Source: Lama guanicoe
Taxonomy: Eukaryota
NCBI GenBank assembly: GCA_013239625.1
Contig: MU054323.1
Coordinates: forward strand, 4,380,214 to 4,444,213
Reading direction: 5' to 3'
Length of the DNA stretch: 64,000 nucleotides
Part shown: piece by piece, positions 13,920-27,689 of the stretch
Position numbering within the stretch: the first letter of the stretch is position 1
Layout: every line of letters starts with the position of its first letter
The notes under the pieces: model-generated
The model's database searches: none
What the model was told of the DNA's origin: nothing
What the model saw: the letters and a program-made list of their open reading frames with translations, nothing else
Made by a program: the position numbers and the translations under genes

Positions 13920-14135
13920 TTTGTATTTTAATCACACTTTACTAATGTGATTCCATTTACTCTTCCAACAACGCTTTGAAAGATGTAATATGATCATCCC
14001 TCATTCACAGCCAAGGGAACTATTATCTTACAGAATCAGAGAGTCAAGAAACCAGCTTAAGGCAACACAGGTTGTAAATGGTGGGGCTCAGATTTAAACT
14101 CTTTATTAAATTTCAAACCTTGGCACTTTGTACTG
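13920..14135 (-). mobile_element. MIR SINE
   Basis: catttactcttccaacaacgctttg...aaggcaacacaggttgtaaatggtggggctcagattt is reverse MIR. Confidence 0.65.
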
Positions 14136-15789
14136 TTTACTAGTAAAACAAAGTATGTTGAAAACCATGTAGGACCCGGGTCGTACCTATGTCTGTATAT
14201 TTTTTGGAGTCTGCAGGGCAGATTTAGCATTTTAAATCATAATAAATATTATAATTCATAGGTTTAATGAAGTAAATGAATTTACCTATAACACTCTATC
14301 ACAAATGCTGTATCCCTTAACAAGTTTGATTCAACAACAACAACAACAAACAAAGCTGTTTATCAGCAGCTTATTTGTCAGGCCATCTTGGAGCACATAA
14401 CATATATTATCTCAATCAGCAAGAAATGGAAAACAAAAGCGTTAATGGATGCTCTTTTTCAATAAAATTATCACCTTTGTGTAGCTTTCCTTACTCTTAG
14501 AAAGTAACCAGAATAAACCTGAAAAATTCATTTCTGTTCTTTATTATGCTAAGAATTTGTTAATATCATTTTATAGAAACTGAATAAACATCGATGAAGG
14601 ATAGAGAGATGTATGCAAATAGTTCCAGTAGCAATAATGTTACTTTTTCAATCCTGCCATGACCTGTGGGTAGAGTGATGTGTGTTGGAAGGCACATTTG
14701 TGTTCTCTTTCTATAACTTACTAATTCTTTCCTAGAGCAGAACCTGACATTCATAGTGCCATTCTGTCATCAAGTGGGCACATGATGCCAGAAAAACTAT
14801 AGAAACAGGACTGATTCTCTGTTTCTGTCTCTGGATACCTAACTCCCTGATCAATTAGAAGGGCCAGTGCTTTAACCCATACCTCCTCAATGGTAAAAGC
14901 ATTAGGCCAGGCAACTTCTTGAAGGGTCAGATGAGCAGGCACAATTATCAGGTGTTCTTTACCTGAAGTGTATTAACTTCAATCCCACTAGAGAAAGAGT
15001 AGGAACCTCCATTTGGACATCAGGTCCAAATTGCATTCTTTCATTCATAGTCATCAAAACAACTGATGCTTTAGACCTGCTTGTCTGTGTTCTCAGGTGG
15101 GATGTGATGGGCAAGAGATGAGTGATTGGCACCCAAAATTGTCAGGAGTGCCTTTAACTACTGGAGGTTCTGTCATTACACGCATCCCACCCCCACCACA
15201 CACACACACCACACCCCACCGCCTTTGGAGAGTGCCTTTACTGAATTATTTTTGAAAATCTATGAAAATGATTCCCAAACCTGTATTCCTCTTTGTTCAT
15301 CAAATGTTAGTCCAACTGCCTCCAACTTCCAACTGCTTACAAGTCATTACCAATTGAATATCGTATTGGACCTTGAAATTAACCACTTTGATTCCTACAT
15401 TGCGATGGTGAACACTTGGAGAGCTAGTTACACCTATAGCTTTCCAGCTCCTTCCCCATTGGATCTTGATTGGATTCTAGAATTTGTATTTTTAATCAGT
15501 ACCTGAGGTGATTCTAATGAGGCAAGAATGTTTAATAAAGTGTAATTGACTTGAGGGGATCGGAGACTTCTCAGTTACTCTTTGGCAGTATTTCTCCTTT
15601 CTCTTTAATGGCTCATAGTGCACCATAAGACCCATATAATACTCTGTACCTATGTTCCCCACTTAACCTGTAGCCATCGTTAATGTCAGAGATGCTCACA
15701 CCCTAGAACTGATTCCTAACCTAAGAGTGATTTTATAACAAGCCTCCAGATGCGTCTGAACCTTTACTCAATCGAACTATTCCAAATAC

Positions 15790-16830
15790 TTTTTAAAAAT
15801 CTCATTACGGAAAATTGCAAACATATACAAAAAAGCAGGGAGAATAGTTTAATAAAACTCTGTATATCCATTGCTAGTGTCAACAGTTAACAATTCATCT
15901 GTGCCTCATTCATTCCCCCCTCATCCCTGATTCTTTTGAAATAAATCTCAGACATCGCATCATTTCATTTGTAAATACTTGAGTATGACTTTGTAAAAGA
16001 CAATAAATACTTTTTAAAAACCTCAATACAATTTTCATGCATATAAAATTACTAATAATTTCTTAATATTAGGAAATTTCCAGATAGCACGTACTGAAAT
16101 TTTCTCAAATCTTGCTCTGTCATCATCACCAGCATCATCATCTAGCTAGCTAGCTTCTATCATTTTTAGTTTATGTGATCAGATTCTAAATAAAGAACAT
16201 ACGTTGACTTTGGTTGATATAACCCTTAGATCCATTTTAAAATTTCTGTTTGATATCTTTTTCTCCCTTTGCTATTCATTTGTTGAAGAAACCAGATTAT
16301 ATTTTCCTGTCATATTTACCACAGAAATTGTTGCTTGCATTTCCTCTGTTCTTTTTATTACCTATGAGTTGAAGTTAGAGAGTTGACCAGATTCAAATTC
16401 TGATCTTTAAGCAAGAGTACTTCAGAAGTAGAATTGTTTGTTTTCATTAGGGGTTTTACCATACCTACTTCTCTTTATTTTTGTGATGTTAGCAACCATT
16501 GATAATCAACACGTTAACCCGTTGTTTTGTTATGGTACCATATATGTGATTTAGTGATGTTCTAAGTCTTTCATCTTTCTTTATTCAATAACTAGAATAT
16601 TTCCTAGAGAGATAGAAAGTTTACTTCATTAAGCACTTGTTTACTTTGAGGTAAATTCCTTTTGGGAAAAAATAGGTGAAATATATGGTTCTTTCCTTAA
16701 TTTGCCAGTTTTTACTAGGTTCCGGTGCATTTTTCAGAGATGACCAGGCAACTTTTAAATATGGTGGGGTTTCATGGATTTAAACATACTCTGAAGTGCT
16801 TCCTCCATCACAGTTATTATGCTTGGATTT
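15790..16830 (-). mobile_element. Old L1 3' UTR (L1MC/ME-like)
   Basis: attacggaaaattgcaaacatatacaaaa...ttttgaaataaatctcagacatcgcatcatttcatttgtaaatacttgagtatg resembles the antisense L1MC4/5 3' end. Confidence 0.75.
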
Positions 16831-17369
16831 TCTTATCTCCTCTGTTGGATTTTTTGTTTGTTTGTTTGTTTGTTTCATGATTCCTTTTCTTTCAATCCGC
16901 TGTATTTACCAGATGTGACATGTGAACCCAGCATCACTGAATTAGCTTTTGCTCCTAATTGCTTACTTGCTCCGATGACACCTAGAAGAAGAGTGGAACT
17001 AAAGATCAGCTCTGCTCTGCTTTATGTCAGTTATGATTATGATGATGTCCTGTAGGCAGTCAGATATACGAGTCTGGAGTTTACAGAGGCAAAAGGTGTC
17101 GGAAACACTTTCTCATAAGTGGAGTAGAGTCATCAAAGACAATGAAGTCCCCCAGGGAGACGGAAGAGATAGGAAGGTTACAGCCCCAGGTTATACAAAC
17201 ACATAAAGAGTGGACAGAAAGAAATAGAGCAAGGGAAAGAAAGAGTGGTGGGGGGAGAAAACCAGGCAACAAGCCCAGTGTGATTCAAGAGAAGCCAGAG
17301 AGGGGAGAGGAAGCATTCAGGGAACAACCACTGGGAGAGAGCGCAGAGTCTTGAATTCATCATTCAAGA

Positions 17370-17515
17370 GGCAATTGGTGACCTTCATCAGATGAGTAAA
17401 GAGTAGCTCAAATTGGTTAGGCAACATGCTCCAAAATCCTAGCTGATAAGAGGCTGAATGAGGATCCAAACCCTCGTAGTCAGACTCTGAATTCTCTACT
17501 CTGGCCACTGTGCAG
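17370..17515 (-). mobile_element. MIR fragment
   Basis: catcagatgagtaaa...ggatccaaaccc...tcagactctgaattc. Confidence 0.55.
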
Positions 17516-18269
17516 TGATGTACAATCAACTGCATTGTAGTTTCCATGGCAAACTGCTACCCACATTATCCCTAGAGGTGTAATTATTATGATACCCTAG
17601 CTAGATGGGATTTAGGGTCCACTTGGATGTCCCTGATCTAAGTCTCTACACTCTTGGCCTCATAGAAAATGTGAGGAAAAGAGGCCAAATTCTCTAGATC
17701 TTCTGGCATGAGTACCCTCTGCTCTGAAGTTCACTCCCTTAGTCCACAGCCGCCCTAAGACAAGCAAATATGTGTGTGTGTGGGAAAGAAAGGTACCCAT
17801 GTGTGTGCATTTGTTTGCGTTCAAACCTATGCTGATGACATTGCTGTGGTCGAGGACCATTATATATTTTCTCATTGTTTAGCCACAGCTCTAAACACCC
17901 TGTAGGTTAATGGACCTGGCCTTGACAGAGTAGGGCTTGGTCAGTCCCGGACTCCCCAGCCCTGAAACTACAGTGGCCAGATAGGTTAAGAATAAGAAGG
18001 AAGAATCAGCCCTATTTCAGAAACAGGCTTCTAGTCAGAGAGTCAGAACTCTACCCCGTTTGCCTCAATAAAGTCCTCTGCATTTTCTCCCAAAGCTTCT
18101 CAAGCCAAGGCTTCTGCCCTCATTGAATTTGTCTCTGTAATATCTGTTCTCATGGTATGTTCCCCGTATGGATTATCCTTCCCCTTCAGAGTTCTGTTCA
18201 TTCATTCATGCATCACTCACACATTAGTTTACTTATTCGTTTAGGGAACACGGTGGCTTTGCTAATGCT

Positions 18270-18520
18270 GTTCTTTCCCTCAGAGGTCCCCCATCCTTCC
18301 TGCTGTCTTATCCATCCAGCTTTATTCCTCTCGTGACATGGGCTTAGTGACCCTCCTCTGTGCTCTCCTAACACTGCCTTCGTACTTCTATCATAGGGCA
18401 CCACAGTGGAGTTCTCCATTTTCTCCTTGAGTAAGGTCTCTTAGTAAGGGGAAATGTTTTATATATTGTTGTATCTCACATATGTAGGAGCTCAATAATA
18501 AATATTTGTTGTAGTGAACA
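18270..18520 (+). mobile_element. L2 LINE 3' end
   Basis: cctcctctgtgctctcctaacactg...tgtaggagctcaataataaatatttgttg. Confidence 0.65.
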
Positions 18521-18716
18521 GTATTTGTTTAGAGCTCAGTATGTGAAAATCACATAATCCTATCGAAATCGGGTTGTCCAAATGTTCAGGGGCTGATAAG
18601 GTCTGAAATAGCAATGAAACACAGCTGAATGCTGGGACTTTATAATTTATTTGATTTAGGATTTATAAGCATGATTAGCATTATTTTCAATATAAACCTT
18701 TAATATAAGCCTGAGG

Positions 18717-18765
<49 letters not shown>

Positions 18766-18772
18766 TACGTAT
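18717..18772. repeat. (TG)n(TA)n(CA)n microsatellite
   Basis: Seen directly. Confidence 0.9.
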
Positions 18773-18810
18773 GTTAAGGGAAGGGAGATGTAGATCTGGG
18801 TGCTTATAGT

Positions 18811-18895
18811 CTATAAGCAGGTATATTCAGTAAATGCCATAAAGAATCCAGGTACTATAAGCAGGCACATTCAGTAAGTCTCATAAAGTATCCAG
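18811..18895. repeat. Diverged 44-bp tandem duplication
   Basis: ctataagcaggtatattcagtaaatgccataaagaatccag versus ctataagcaggcacattcagtaagtctcataaagtatccag. Confidence 0.8.
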
Positions 18896-20064
18896 AGGAG
18901 AGAGACAGCATTTCTAACTTTAATGATACAGCTTAAAACTCCTCGTCTTCTTGCCCCCACTACCTCCTTTTTGTATCTGGATTTCCTTATTTTGAATGTT
19001 TATAACACTAATTTCTTACAGTGCCCAGTAGATACTAGAAGGATGAGCTCTTCCATATCAATATACATATCAATATACAGTATACATTCAAATATACTTA
19101 CCTTGAATGTTGAGCTACGCTCTAAGCAACAGGAGGGCCAAGGTCATGCGTTATATCTATATGTTGCCTGCAAAATGTCCAGACTGGAACTTCAACATAG
19201 TAGAAACTAGTACACTCTGAAGGAGGGGTGGATACCTGTGGAGAGTCCATGCATGTCATGTTAGTTTAAACAGCATGCAGACTCAGGGACAAAAGGCACG
19301 TGATTTCTAATAGGGCCACTGGAATGTTTGACTCTGTCCTCAAACAAAAATTGAAGCAAATACGTCTCTGGGTTTGGGTTATGCCTAGAGTTTGAAACCA
19401 TAAACAACCAATGAAAAAGGGTCGTATCCTTGTGAGTTCTTTGAGGTCTCTTTCACAGGGCCTCACTGAAGCAAGAAGATAGGATAATGCTGACAGGCTT
19501 TTTCAGAGGAAGCGTGCCATGCTGCTCCAGGGGAGCGTTTAGATGTGCGTTTAGCGTTTGAAAGACTTCCCAGATGTGAAGAGAGACATTCAGCGAAAAG
19601 TTATTGTGTCTTGAATAATTTTAACACCACCAACAGAGACCAAAAAAAAAATGACCATCTATTTATATTTCTAAGAATTATTCTTTTTCATTGTGTTCAT
19701 GAAATGTGGTTGCTTGAATGTCTAGGAGAAATGTCATCCTTAAATATTTAATACTATTGGGTTTCCAACTTGAAAAGAAGAAAAAATTGTAAGAAAAAGA
19801 ATACTTTCAGTGACAATTCTTTGAATTTTTGATGCCTGCTTCCTTTTCCACAGAACAATGAATCCTTCTTAACAAATTAATCTGGCTGCTGTATAGTAAG
19901 CTTTCTGATTACCCTCTGCCATTTTCATTGGTGGGGTCACTTTTATAAAATTTGTGGAACTTGCCTGGTGTTGGTATATATCTGTTTCTCTCTCTAGCTC
20001 TAACTTGTATCTCCCATCTCCCTGAAAGGGCAAAGACGAGTTTCAGTAATATTGAGTTATGCCT

Positions 20065-20352
20065 CTTTTTGCTTTTCTTAAGATCTAATTGACATGTAAC
20101 GTAATGTTAGTTTTATGTGTACAACACAATGATTTGATATGTGTATATACTGCAAAATTATTACAATGATAAAGTTAGTTACCATACATCACCACATATA
20201 GTTACAAATTTACTTTTCTTCTGATGAGAACTTTTAAGGTCTCTTAGCAACTTTTGCATATACAGTACAGTATTGTTAACTGTAGTCATTACGCGTTACA
20301 GTATATCCCAGGACTTACATTTATCTCCTAACTGAAAGTTTGTACCTTTGCT
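20065..20352 (-). mobile_element. L1 3' end (L1MA8/9-like)
   Basis: aattgacatgtaac...gtgtacaacacaatgatttgatat...gatgagaacttttaag...tattgttaactgtagtca...aactgaaagtttgtacctttg. Confidence 0.85.
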
Positions 20353-20994
20353 GATTACTACATATGCCTTACTTAGGACATCAGACCAGATACTCAAGAT
20401 TTTAAGATCATAAATCTTGAAATCATTAATCAGACAAGGTAGCTTTCTGGTATATGTTTCATGATGAAAAATAAACACATCATATGGATGCAATTTTCTG
20501 TAAATTGAATGAGGACTGCAACTTCCATGGCTTTATTTATAATTTAACGTTTTTGAGGATTATCGTTTTCTTTATCAAGCCTCAAAACTCAAATGCAATT
20601 AAGAGGCAAAGAAAGTCATTTTGGTGCCTGGTGAGGGACCAGGTTTCTTTCTCTCCTCACTAGAGGACAAACTCCTGAATCAGTGATTAATAGTTGTTCA
20701 GTCCTAACAAAAGATACGCTCATAATTGTCTGGTCAGTGGTTGTGAGATTCAATACGTTGATCAAAACTTGTTCAAAGTTTTCTTCCTGACAATTGCTTT
20801 GTGGGCTATTTGTTCCTTTCGATTATTGTTGCTGCGGATGCTGCTGGACCATACTGTCCACTGGACCAATCTCAAGTCATATTTCAGCATCCTCCCCTCG
20901 AGGAAATCATATCACCCCATGAATATCGCCGCCTGCACTACCCTTTTCAGCAGAGAAGGAGTAGCAGACACACGTTAGCCATTGTGTCACCCCA

Positions 20995-21140
20995 AATGCT
21001 GCTTCTGGCTCTAACGTTAATTGCTTTGATATTGACCGATTTTACTGAACTGCTCGGGGCCTTAGTTTTCTTATTTATAAAATACATGGACTTAATAGGG
21101 TGTTTTCTAGGATGCTTTCCAGGTCTGATAGTCTATGACT
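20995..21140 (+). mobile_element. MIR3-like SINE fragment
   Basis: ggccttagttttcttatttataaaat...ctaggatgctttccaggtctgatagtctatga. Confidence 0.55.
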
Positions 21141-21401
21141 TTATATGATCAAATTAAGTAAAATTCATTAAATATTGTATGAATGAAAGGGATTGTGATG
21201 TAGATAAAGTTGGTTAAAGAATTCAGGTGGGCTGAAATTCTGCCCCAGTTTATCCACAAAGCAATTCATTGTATCAGGATTCCTATCACTGTATTCTCTG
21301 CTGAGAGGAGGGGGTGAGCGAGGAGAGATCATTCATAACCTAGTTACATGGTGCAACTCGTCTTCTGCAGTATGCTTGAGATTCAGTTATTTTTGGCACT
21401 C

Positions 21402-21404
<3 letters not shown>

Positions 21405-21433
<29 letters not shown>
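21405..21433. repeat. (CA)n microsatellite
   Basis: Seen directly. Confidence 0.95.
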
Positions 21434-21435
<2 letters not shown>

Positions 21436-22949
21436 CAAAGATACCCAATATTTACTAATGACTCCAGAATTAAAATGTATGCTGTGATTGAGTTTATTCT
21501 TCTCTATAGCTACATTTTTACTACATTTTACAAAGCTATTGTGGCTAATGTTGGCTTTTATGCTTTTTCATTTGGGCTGTGTTTGTGGGTCTTCATGTAA
21601 TGTGAAAATTCCAGCTATGTCCTTAATGTTGTCATATTAATTTATTCCAAAAGTCATTTTCTTATTCTAGGTGTGTATGATCTGGAAAAACTTACCAAAT
21701 ACTTCATTCTTTCCATCTTTCTTCCTTCCTCCCTACCTCCGTCTCTTCCCTCATCTTTCTTACCTCTTCCATCAGAGTAAATTTTGCTGCTTTTGAGTTA
21801 TTTTTTATTTTATAGACCTCTATTATGAAAATAGTTGGAGCATGTAAAACCTGAGGGCAGTGCCTGGCTTGGGTTCATGCTAACAGTGGATTACTAGAGG
21901 CAGGAGAGTGTATAACCTGGGGAGAGAGATGGTGTTAACTCAGGTGGTGCTTATTCAATAAATCTCCCCACTCCTACCTGTCTCCACATTTGCGAGAGTC
22001 ACCTGGTTTTGGTTTTGGAATATCTCCTTATGCCAGTCTCAGCCCAGGGCATTCAAGAACCTGAATCAGTTAAACATTAACTCGAGTATCTTGACAATGC
22101 CTTCAGAAATTCTACCCTATGGAGGTGTAAACTCTCTCCTTCTAGGGGATATGATTAAACTCTGTTCAGTGACAAGAGGCTTATCAATCAAAATATATCC
22201 TAAAGATATTCAGTAAATATCAGTTGAGTACCCACAATTATAATCTTCCTTGATGTAGTAAATTTTCATAGATTTTTGCTTGTTTAGCATCCATATCTCC
22301 TTTGATAATCATATTTGAATTTTCCACTAGGACACTGATTTTCATATTCTTTGAATATTCCTTACCATAAGAATGTATTTAACCTTGCAACCTAGTAGAC
22401 ACTGTTCAATATGAAATAAAATTTTTATAAAGTGATACTTACTTTTATCACTTGTGGTATCCTCCGATGTTTTTCTTCTCTTCTCTTCATATTTTTCTCT
22501 TCTGTGCGGCCCCCTTCTGTTCCATCTACTAAAAATAAAAACAAAAACAAAAAGCCTTTTTGGTTGCAACTCACCAAATTGACTTCTTTATGCACTAATT
22601 TTTGTATCCAATTGTTTGAAAAAATGTCCACAACAGACCACTCTTTCCTCTGTGCTCAGTACATGTGCTTCTGATGGAATTCACAGAACGCCCAGATCTA
22701 ACTGTGGAGAACACGAAGGAACAAATCAACACATAGTGTTCCTCTGGCTCATGTAATATGTTCAGCTCTGGAAATGTGACATAAACATTATGAGTTACTT
22801 TGAATCTTTGTTGTTCGGTAGGACATTCTGTCCTGTCTGATATACTTGAAGTGGTGAGCATGTAGAGCCTAGAGCTCCTGCAGCAATCACACGAAAGACA
22901 ACAGATCTGTCCCAAAATGAAACTTACAAGCAGAGCCTTTCTGAGAGAT

Positions 22950-23100
22950 AGAAGGAAATTTAACAGAATTGAATACTGAGGTTAGGGGAGGTTAATTGAC
23001 TGGTCCAAGATCACATATGTAGAAAGTTACAGAGTTAAAATTAGGACAGGTTTGTTTGATTCCAAAGCTAGTGCTATTTGTATTCTGTTACCTTCCACTG
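22950..23100 (-). mobile_element. MIR fragment
   Basis: actgaggttagggggaggttaattgactggtccaagatcaca...tgattccaaagc. Confidence 0.7.
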
Positions 23101-24059
23101 AGGACCTTAGAATCGTGTTGGAGAAGCAAGGGCACAAGTGAGGGGGAAGCACACAAGAAATGTTCATTGTTGGATCTGGGTAAGAAGAAGGCACCACAAT
23201 TAAAGGGAGCAGCATCATATAAGAAAAGGCGGCAGAAGCATGGAGAGAGTGTGTGTGCAGGTTTGTTGAGTTTGGGAAAGGAGTTTGCTTATGTGGTAGA
23301 ACAGAAGGCAGGGTTGGCCCAGAAAATCTAGGCATTCCTATTCCTATGGTAATTTTATTTTTAATTAAAGGGAGAAAATTTTATGAATCTAGGAAACACT
23401 ATCCTTCCCCAAGGCTAAAGGGATAATCACTTACACATTCAATTATGTATCTCCCCAAAGAAATGAACAATATGTAATGAACTCCAGATACACAAAAAAA
23501 TGTCTTTCATTTTAGTAAGGTGTACCCTCTAAAAGTGAAAATTCCCTGCCGTGCAGGAAGTTGCCAGTTTTGCAGGGTTGCGCGTTTTGGGGGAAGGTGA
23601 AGAGTATTGTTTCTCATTTAATTTTCAGCATTATAAAAGCTTATGTCTCCATTTCCTCCAAAAACATCTGTTAAACTACAAAGCTGATTCAAGTAAACAA
23701 AAGAAGTTGAAAGAAAGACCAAATGCTCTGTCTCCAAGAAGACATATTTAGCCTGGTTTGAATTGACATTCATCTGCATTCAAAAGCAATTAAAGTCTCC
23801 CAAAAGCACACGACAACAAGTCTGGAACACTCCTTGTTTTCAAGCATTTCCGAGTTCCATTTCAGGAGGAGGAAGGCCAGTGGGGCCTACTCTCGTTAGC
23901 TGTATTTCTAGCTCAGTAAGGCAGTAAACAGACAGCTTTCTCAAGCATTATTTGGTCGAAAAGTCCAGACTTCATTAGACGCTAAAGAGAAAAAAATCTT
24001 ATTCTAACCACGAATCTAAAATATCCCCCACATCCGGAGTTTTAAATCCCAATGCCCTA

Positions 24060-24240
24060 ATTCCTCATGGAACCTCTGTTAGGAATTATTTGTTTACTTT
24101 TTCTCCATTAAATGTTCATTTAACAAGAGCAAGAAGCTTGCCTGCTGGTGTATCCAGGACCTTTGCCGCTCACAGGTGTTTGATGAATATTTTTAAATGA
24201 ATAAATGAATGAGTGTGAATGAGTAAGCAAATGAATGGAA
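24060..24240 (+). mobile_element. L2 3' end with (TGAA)n-like tail
   Basis: caggtgtttgatgaatatttttaaatgaataaatgaatgagtgtgaatgag. Confidence 0.65.
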
Positions 24241-24579
24241 TTCCTTTCCCAAAGTAATAGAAATCATATTCAAAGCTTGTCTGAGTCTTAAGTTACCATT
24301 ACATTTCAATTTATTATTTTGCTTTTTGATATTTAAAGTCCTACATATGGTAGACTGACTGGTGAGTTATAATCTTCATGTGTGTTATACTTTTCTCACC
24401 ATTCATTTTAGGAGCTGATAACACTTTCAATTTTGAACTATCCCAAGAAGAAATAATAAATATGTCATATTCCTTGTGTTTAATTTCGTGAGGTATTCCT
24501 AGATATAAAGCAACAAAAATTGAAAATGAGTGTAGATATGGTAGGTCTGAATTCCTTCTCCTACCCAGCTTCTGGAATA

Positions 24580-25520
24580 AAGTCAATCAAAAGTCTTCCA
24601 ATCACAGAAAGGAGTAAAGAAGGGGAGAGGGCATTTATTGGCTCTCTGGCATAGTTTGTACCTGCCCTGGGGATTTTGGGCAAGAGGATGGGGTGGACAA
24701 ATACGAGCAGGATCAGTGTGTAGCAGAGCTGTGCCTATCCAGCCCAGACTTCTGGTGATAGGCAAGTGATAGCTGATGTGTCTCTTGGATGTAATGCAGA
24801 AATTCTAGAAAAGAGATGCTCAGTGGTTTGTTAGGAGCAAAGTGTGTGTATTTTGGCAACTCAAAGCCTTCTTGGGCTTCAGGATGGGCCGGCAGAGAGG
24901 CTGCCCCTCCCAATGCCCATGGGAAAAGTGTAGAAGGGCTGAGGGAGGACTGAAACAGCATGGAAAACCTGAGAATATGAACAAGGAAGAGTCCAAATAA
25001 CCATACAGGGTCTACAAATTATCCTAGGCAGGACCTAGGACACCTGTAAAGTAACAGGAACAGAGACCATCAAGCCAAACCCTTGGCTGGATGACTGGTC
25101 ACCTCAGTGGGCGTCAGTGTGACCACATAAGACCACGTAAATCTCACAGAAGGTCAGCCTATGATGTAACCATAAAGAAACTATGGAATAGAACTCCTCT
25201 TTTCTTTCCCCCCTCCATTATTACTTTTGTAATGGCAGTTGTTTAAGTTTCCTAGAGATCTGAGTCAATACGGGGAAAGGGAGAGAGAGAATAAAATCTG
25301 AGAGTGATTTTAAAAATCTGAATACGGCTACATTATAAACCTGAATTGACTGAGAAGTGCCTGAATGGGAAGAAATTTACCTGAAAGCAACTTGATATCA
25401 GTTTTCTGCTACTGAGCAGAAATGGGAGCGTAATGATAGAAATTATATTTGACTATAGAAAAATAAGTTACAATTTTGCATATATCAGTTTGTGATTGAA
25501 AATTTGAATCCATTATGTAG
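24580..25520 (+). mobile_element. Ancient LTR (LTR78/LTR79-like)
   Basis: The 3' part cagaaatgggag...gactatagaaaaataagttacaattttgcatatatcagtttgtgattg resembles the recalled LTR78/79 end. The 5' boundary is uncertain. Confidence 0.45.
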
Positions 25521-25739
25521 TCCCAGCAATTTAATTTTCCTTTTATGGTTACGCCTCCTGATGATTTTCTCTTTTTTTAAATCTTCTATCACTCATTTAT
25601 ATGCTCCACCTTTTTTTTTCTGGGGCCATTCATCATTTAACTAGTTCTCAGATAGTTGTTAAAACAATGCAGAAAAGTCAAGAGGCAAGGAAGTGCTTAT
25701 TCAGTGTAAAGTAAAAAAATTTAAAAAAATGAATGATTC

Positions 25740-26095
25740 TCCCTCTTCTTCTCACCTTGCCTCTGCTAGTGTTATTTCTTTTGCCTAAAATATTCTCTCC
25801 TTCTACTTAATCAAGTCCTATTGATCAAGGCTTCATTCAGATCTTACCACTGCAATTCAGGTTTCTCTGGTTGTGCTAGCCTAATGCTGCAATCACCTTT
25901 CCTAAACTCTGAGACGATGTGCAGTCTCTAACACATAGCTAATAACTGAATTATAATGGCCTGCTTTTGCTGTTTTTTCTAAAAGTTATTATTTTCTTAT
26001 TTTATCAATTAGATTGTGATCCCCCCAAGAGCTTCCTTATATTTCTTTGACCACAAGGTCTTGGGTAAATGGATAATAATTGCTTCTGACTGATT
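25740..26095 (+). mobile_element. L2 fragment
   Basis: tttgcctaaaatattctctcc...caagtcctatt...caattagattgtgatccccc. Confidence 0.45.
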
Positions 26096-27630
26096 GAAAT
26101 GTCGTGCTTAGATCCAAAGTAACATTTTGACTTAGAATACTAGCTAAGGGGGCTTACGTACCCTGGATTCCTCCGTGTAAACCCAGCCAACCAACTGATT
26201 ACTTTCAAAGGAGGTGACCAATATGATCCCAATTTGAGAAGTCATGACCCACGCTGAAATTCAACTTAATATATGATATGCTTTCCAACTGGCCCAATAC
26301 TGGATGGATTTCCATGACAGAAGACGGGTAGATAGAGTTTACATTCTAAGTTTATATGATTTTGTTCCTGACTCTAACATAGTCACATTAATCCAGCAAA
26401 ACCCTGTCTTGCCCATTTGTTGCTCCTTTTCCCATCTCTCACCACTCTGAGTGTTAACTTTAATGTACCTGAGGGCACATTCAGAGCCAGATCTGTTCAG
26501 AGAATGGGCTAAGTCTCATAAACGTGGTAATGCAACTGCTTGGATCACTGCCCTCAGAGGATTGTAAAAGTTGTGCTGAGATCTAAACTGAAGAATAGAA
26601 AAAAAGGATACTTCCTGTCTGGTCTTCAAGTTGAGAATGCACTTTAATTTGCATCAGCCCTGTTAATAATCTTTTATTGGCATATGTGAATTAGACATTC
26701 TTTCAAGTCACTTTTCATAGACATCCAGGTGGGTGATGGGGATGGATTTGTACCCATCATCTGACCATCATTTTAGCTCTTATTTGACTTGGCAGGTTTG
26801 ATGAACAACTGTATTTGCACATTGGCAGACTCCATGATGGGCCCATTTTTAATATTGACAGCATGAGGTGACTTTCCCAGTTTAAGCTTTTTGTTTGCTG
26901 AAGTTTATCCTTTATCCTTATGTTCTTATTCATTATCACAGTTCTCTTCCATCTTTTGCATCTTTAGTGTTGGGCAGATCTCCAACAGTTATGAAGCTCA
27001 TTATTATTATTTAATTTGTGCTACAGTTCTAGTGACAAATGTGTCTTGTGTTTGTTGAGAAGATGGACTAGTTTGTGAGATAAGAAAGGATTCTTTTATT
27101 TAACTTACAGGATATCATCATGATGACCCCTTAACCTAAATCCTCAAAGATTCTTCCTCTTTTTTTCATTGCCTTCCTTCTTTTAAGGGAATTTGTTTTA
27201 TGATACTTTCTAAATAATCACACATTGACTTGTTGCAGCTACTAGTAATGACTGGTAAAGCCATTCTTCAGTGGCAAGGGGAGGACATGAAGGATCTAAG
27301 TAGGAACTTTTAGGACACATTGATAATTCCATGTTTAAACAAGTGAACTTGCCTTGGAAAATTACCAGTGGAGACCTGTTGCACATGTCTGTTTCCTTGA
27401 GCAAGAATATCCAAGAATACCCAAGATAGATACAGACTTCACTTAGCACTTGCAAAGAGCCAAGATGACTTAAACTTTTCTTGGTGTTTTGAAAACAGTA
27501 TTCTCTACTGCTTCCTGACAATTAAGTTTGACTTCTCTGATGGACATCACATGGCTTTTAATCTCAGTCTCATCAGCATACTTTAGAATGGCATTTTCAT
27601 TTTTATCCCCTTCACCTCACAAGGCTACCC

Positions 27631-27686
27631 ATAATATAATATAATGTAATATAATATAATATAATATAATATAATATAATATAATA
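27631..27686. repeat. (ATAAT)n pentanucleotide microsatellite
   Basis: About 11 units seen directly. Confidence 0.95.
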
Positions 27687-27689
27687 GGC

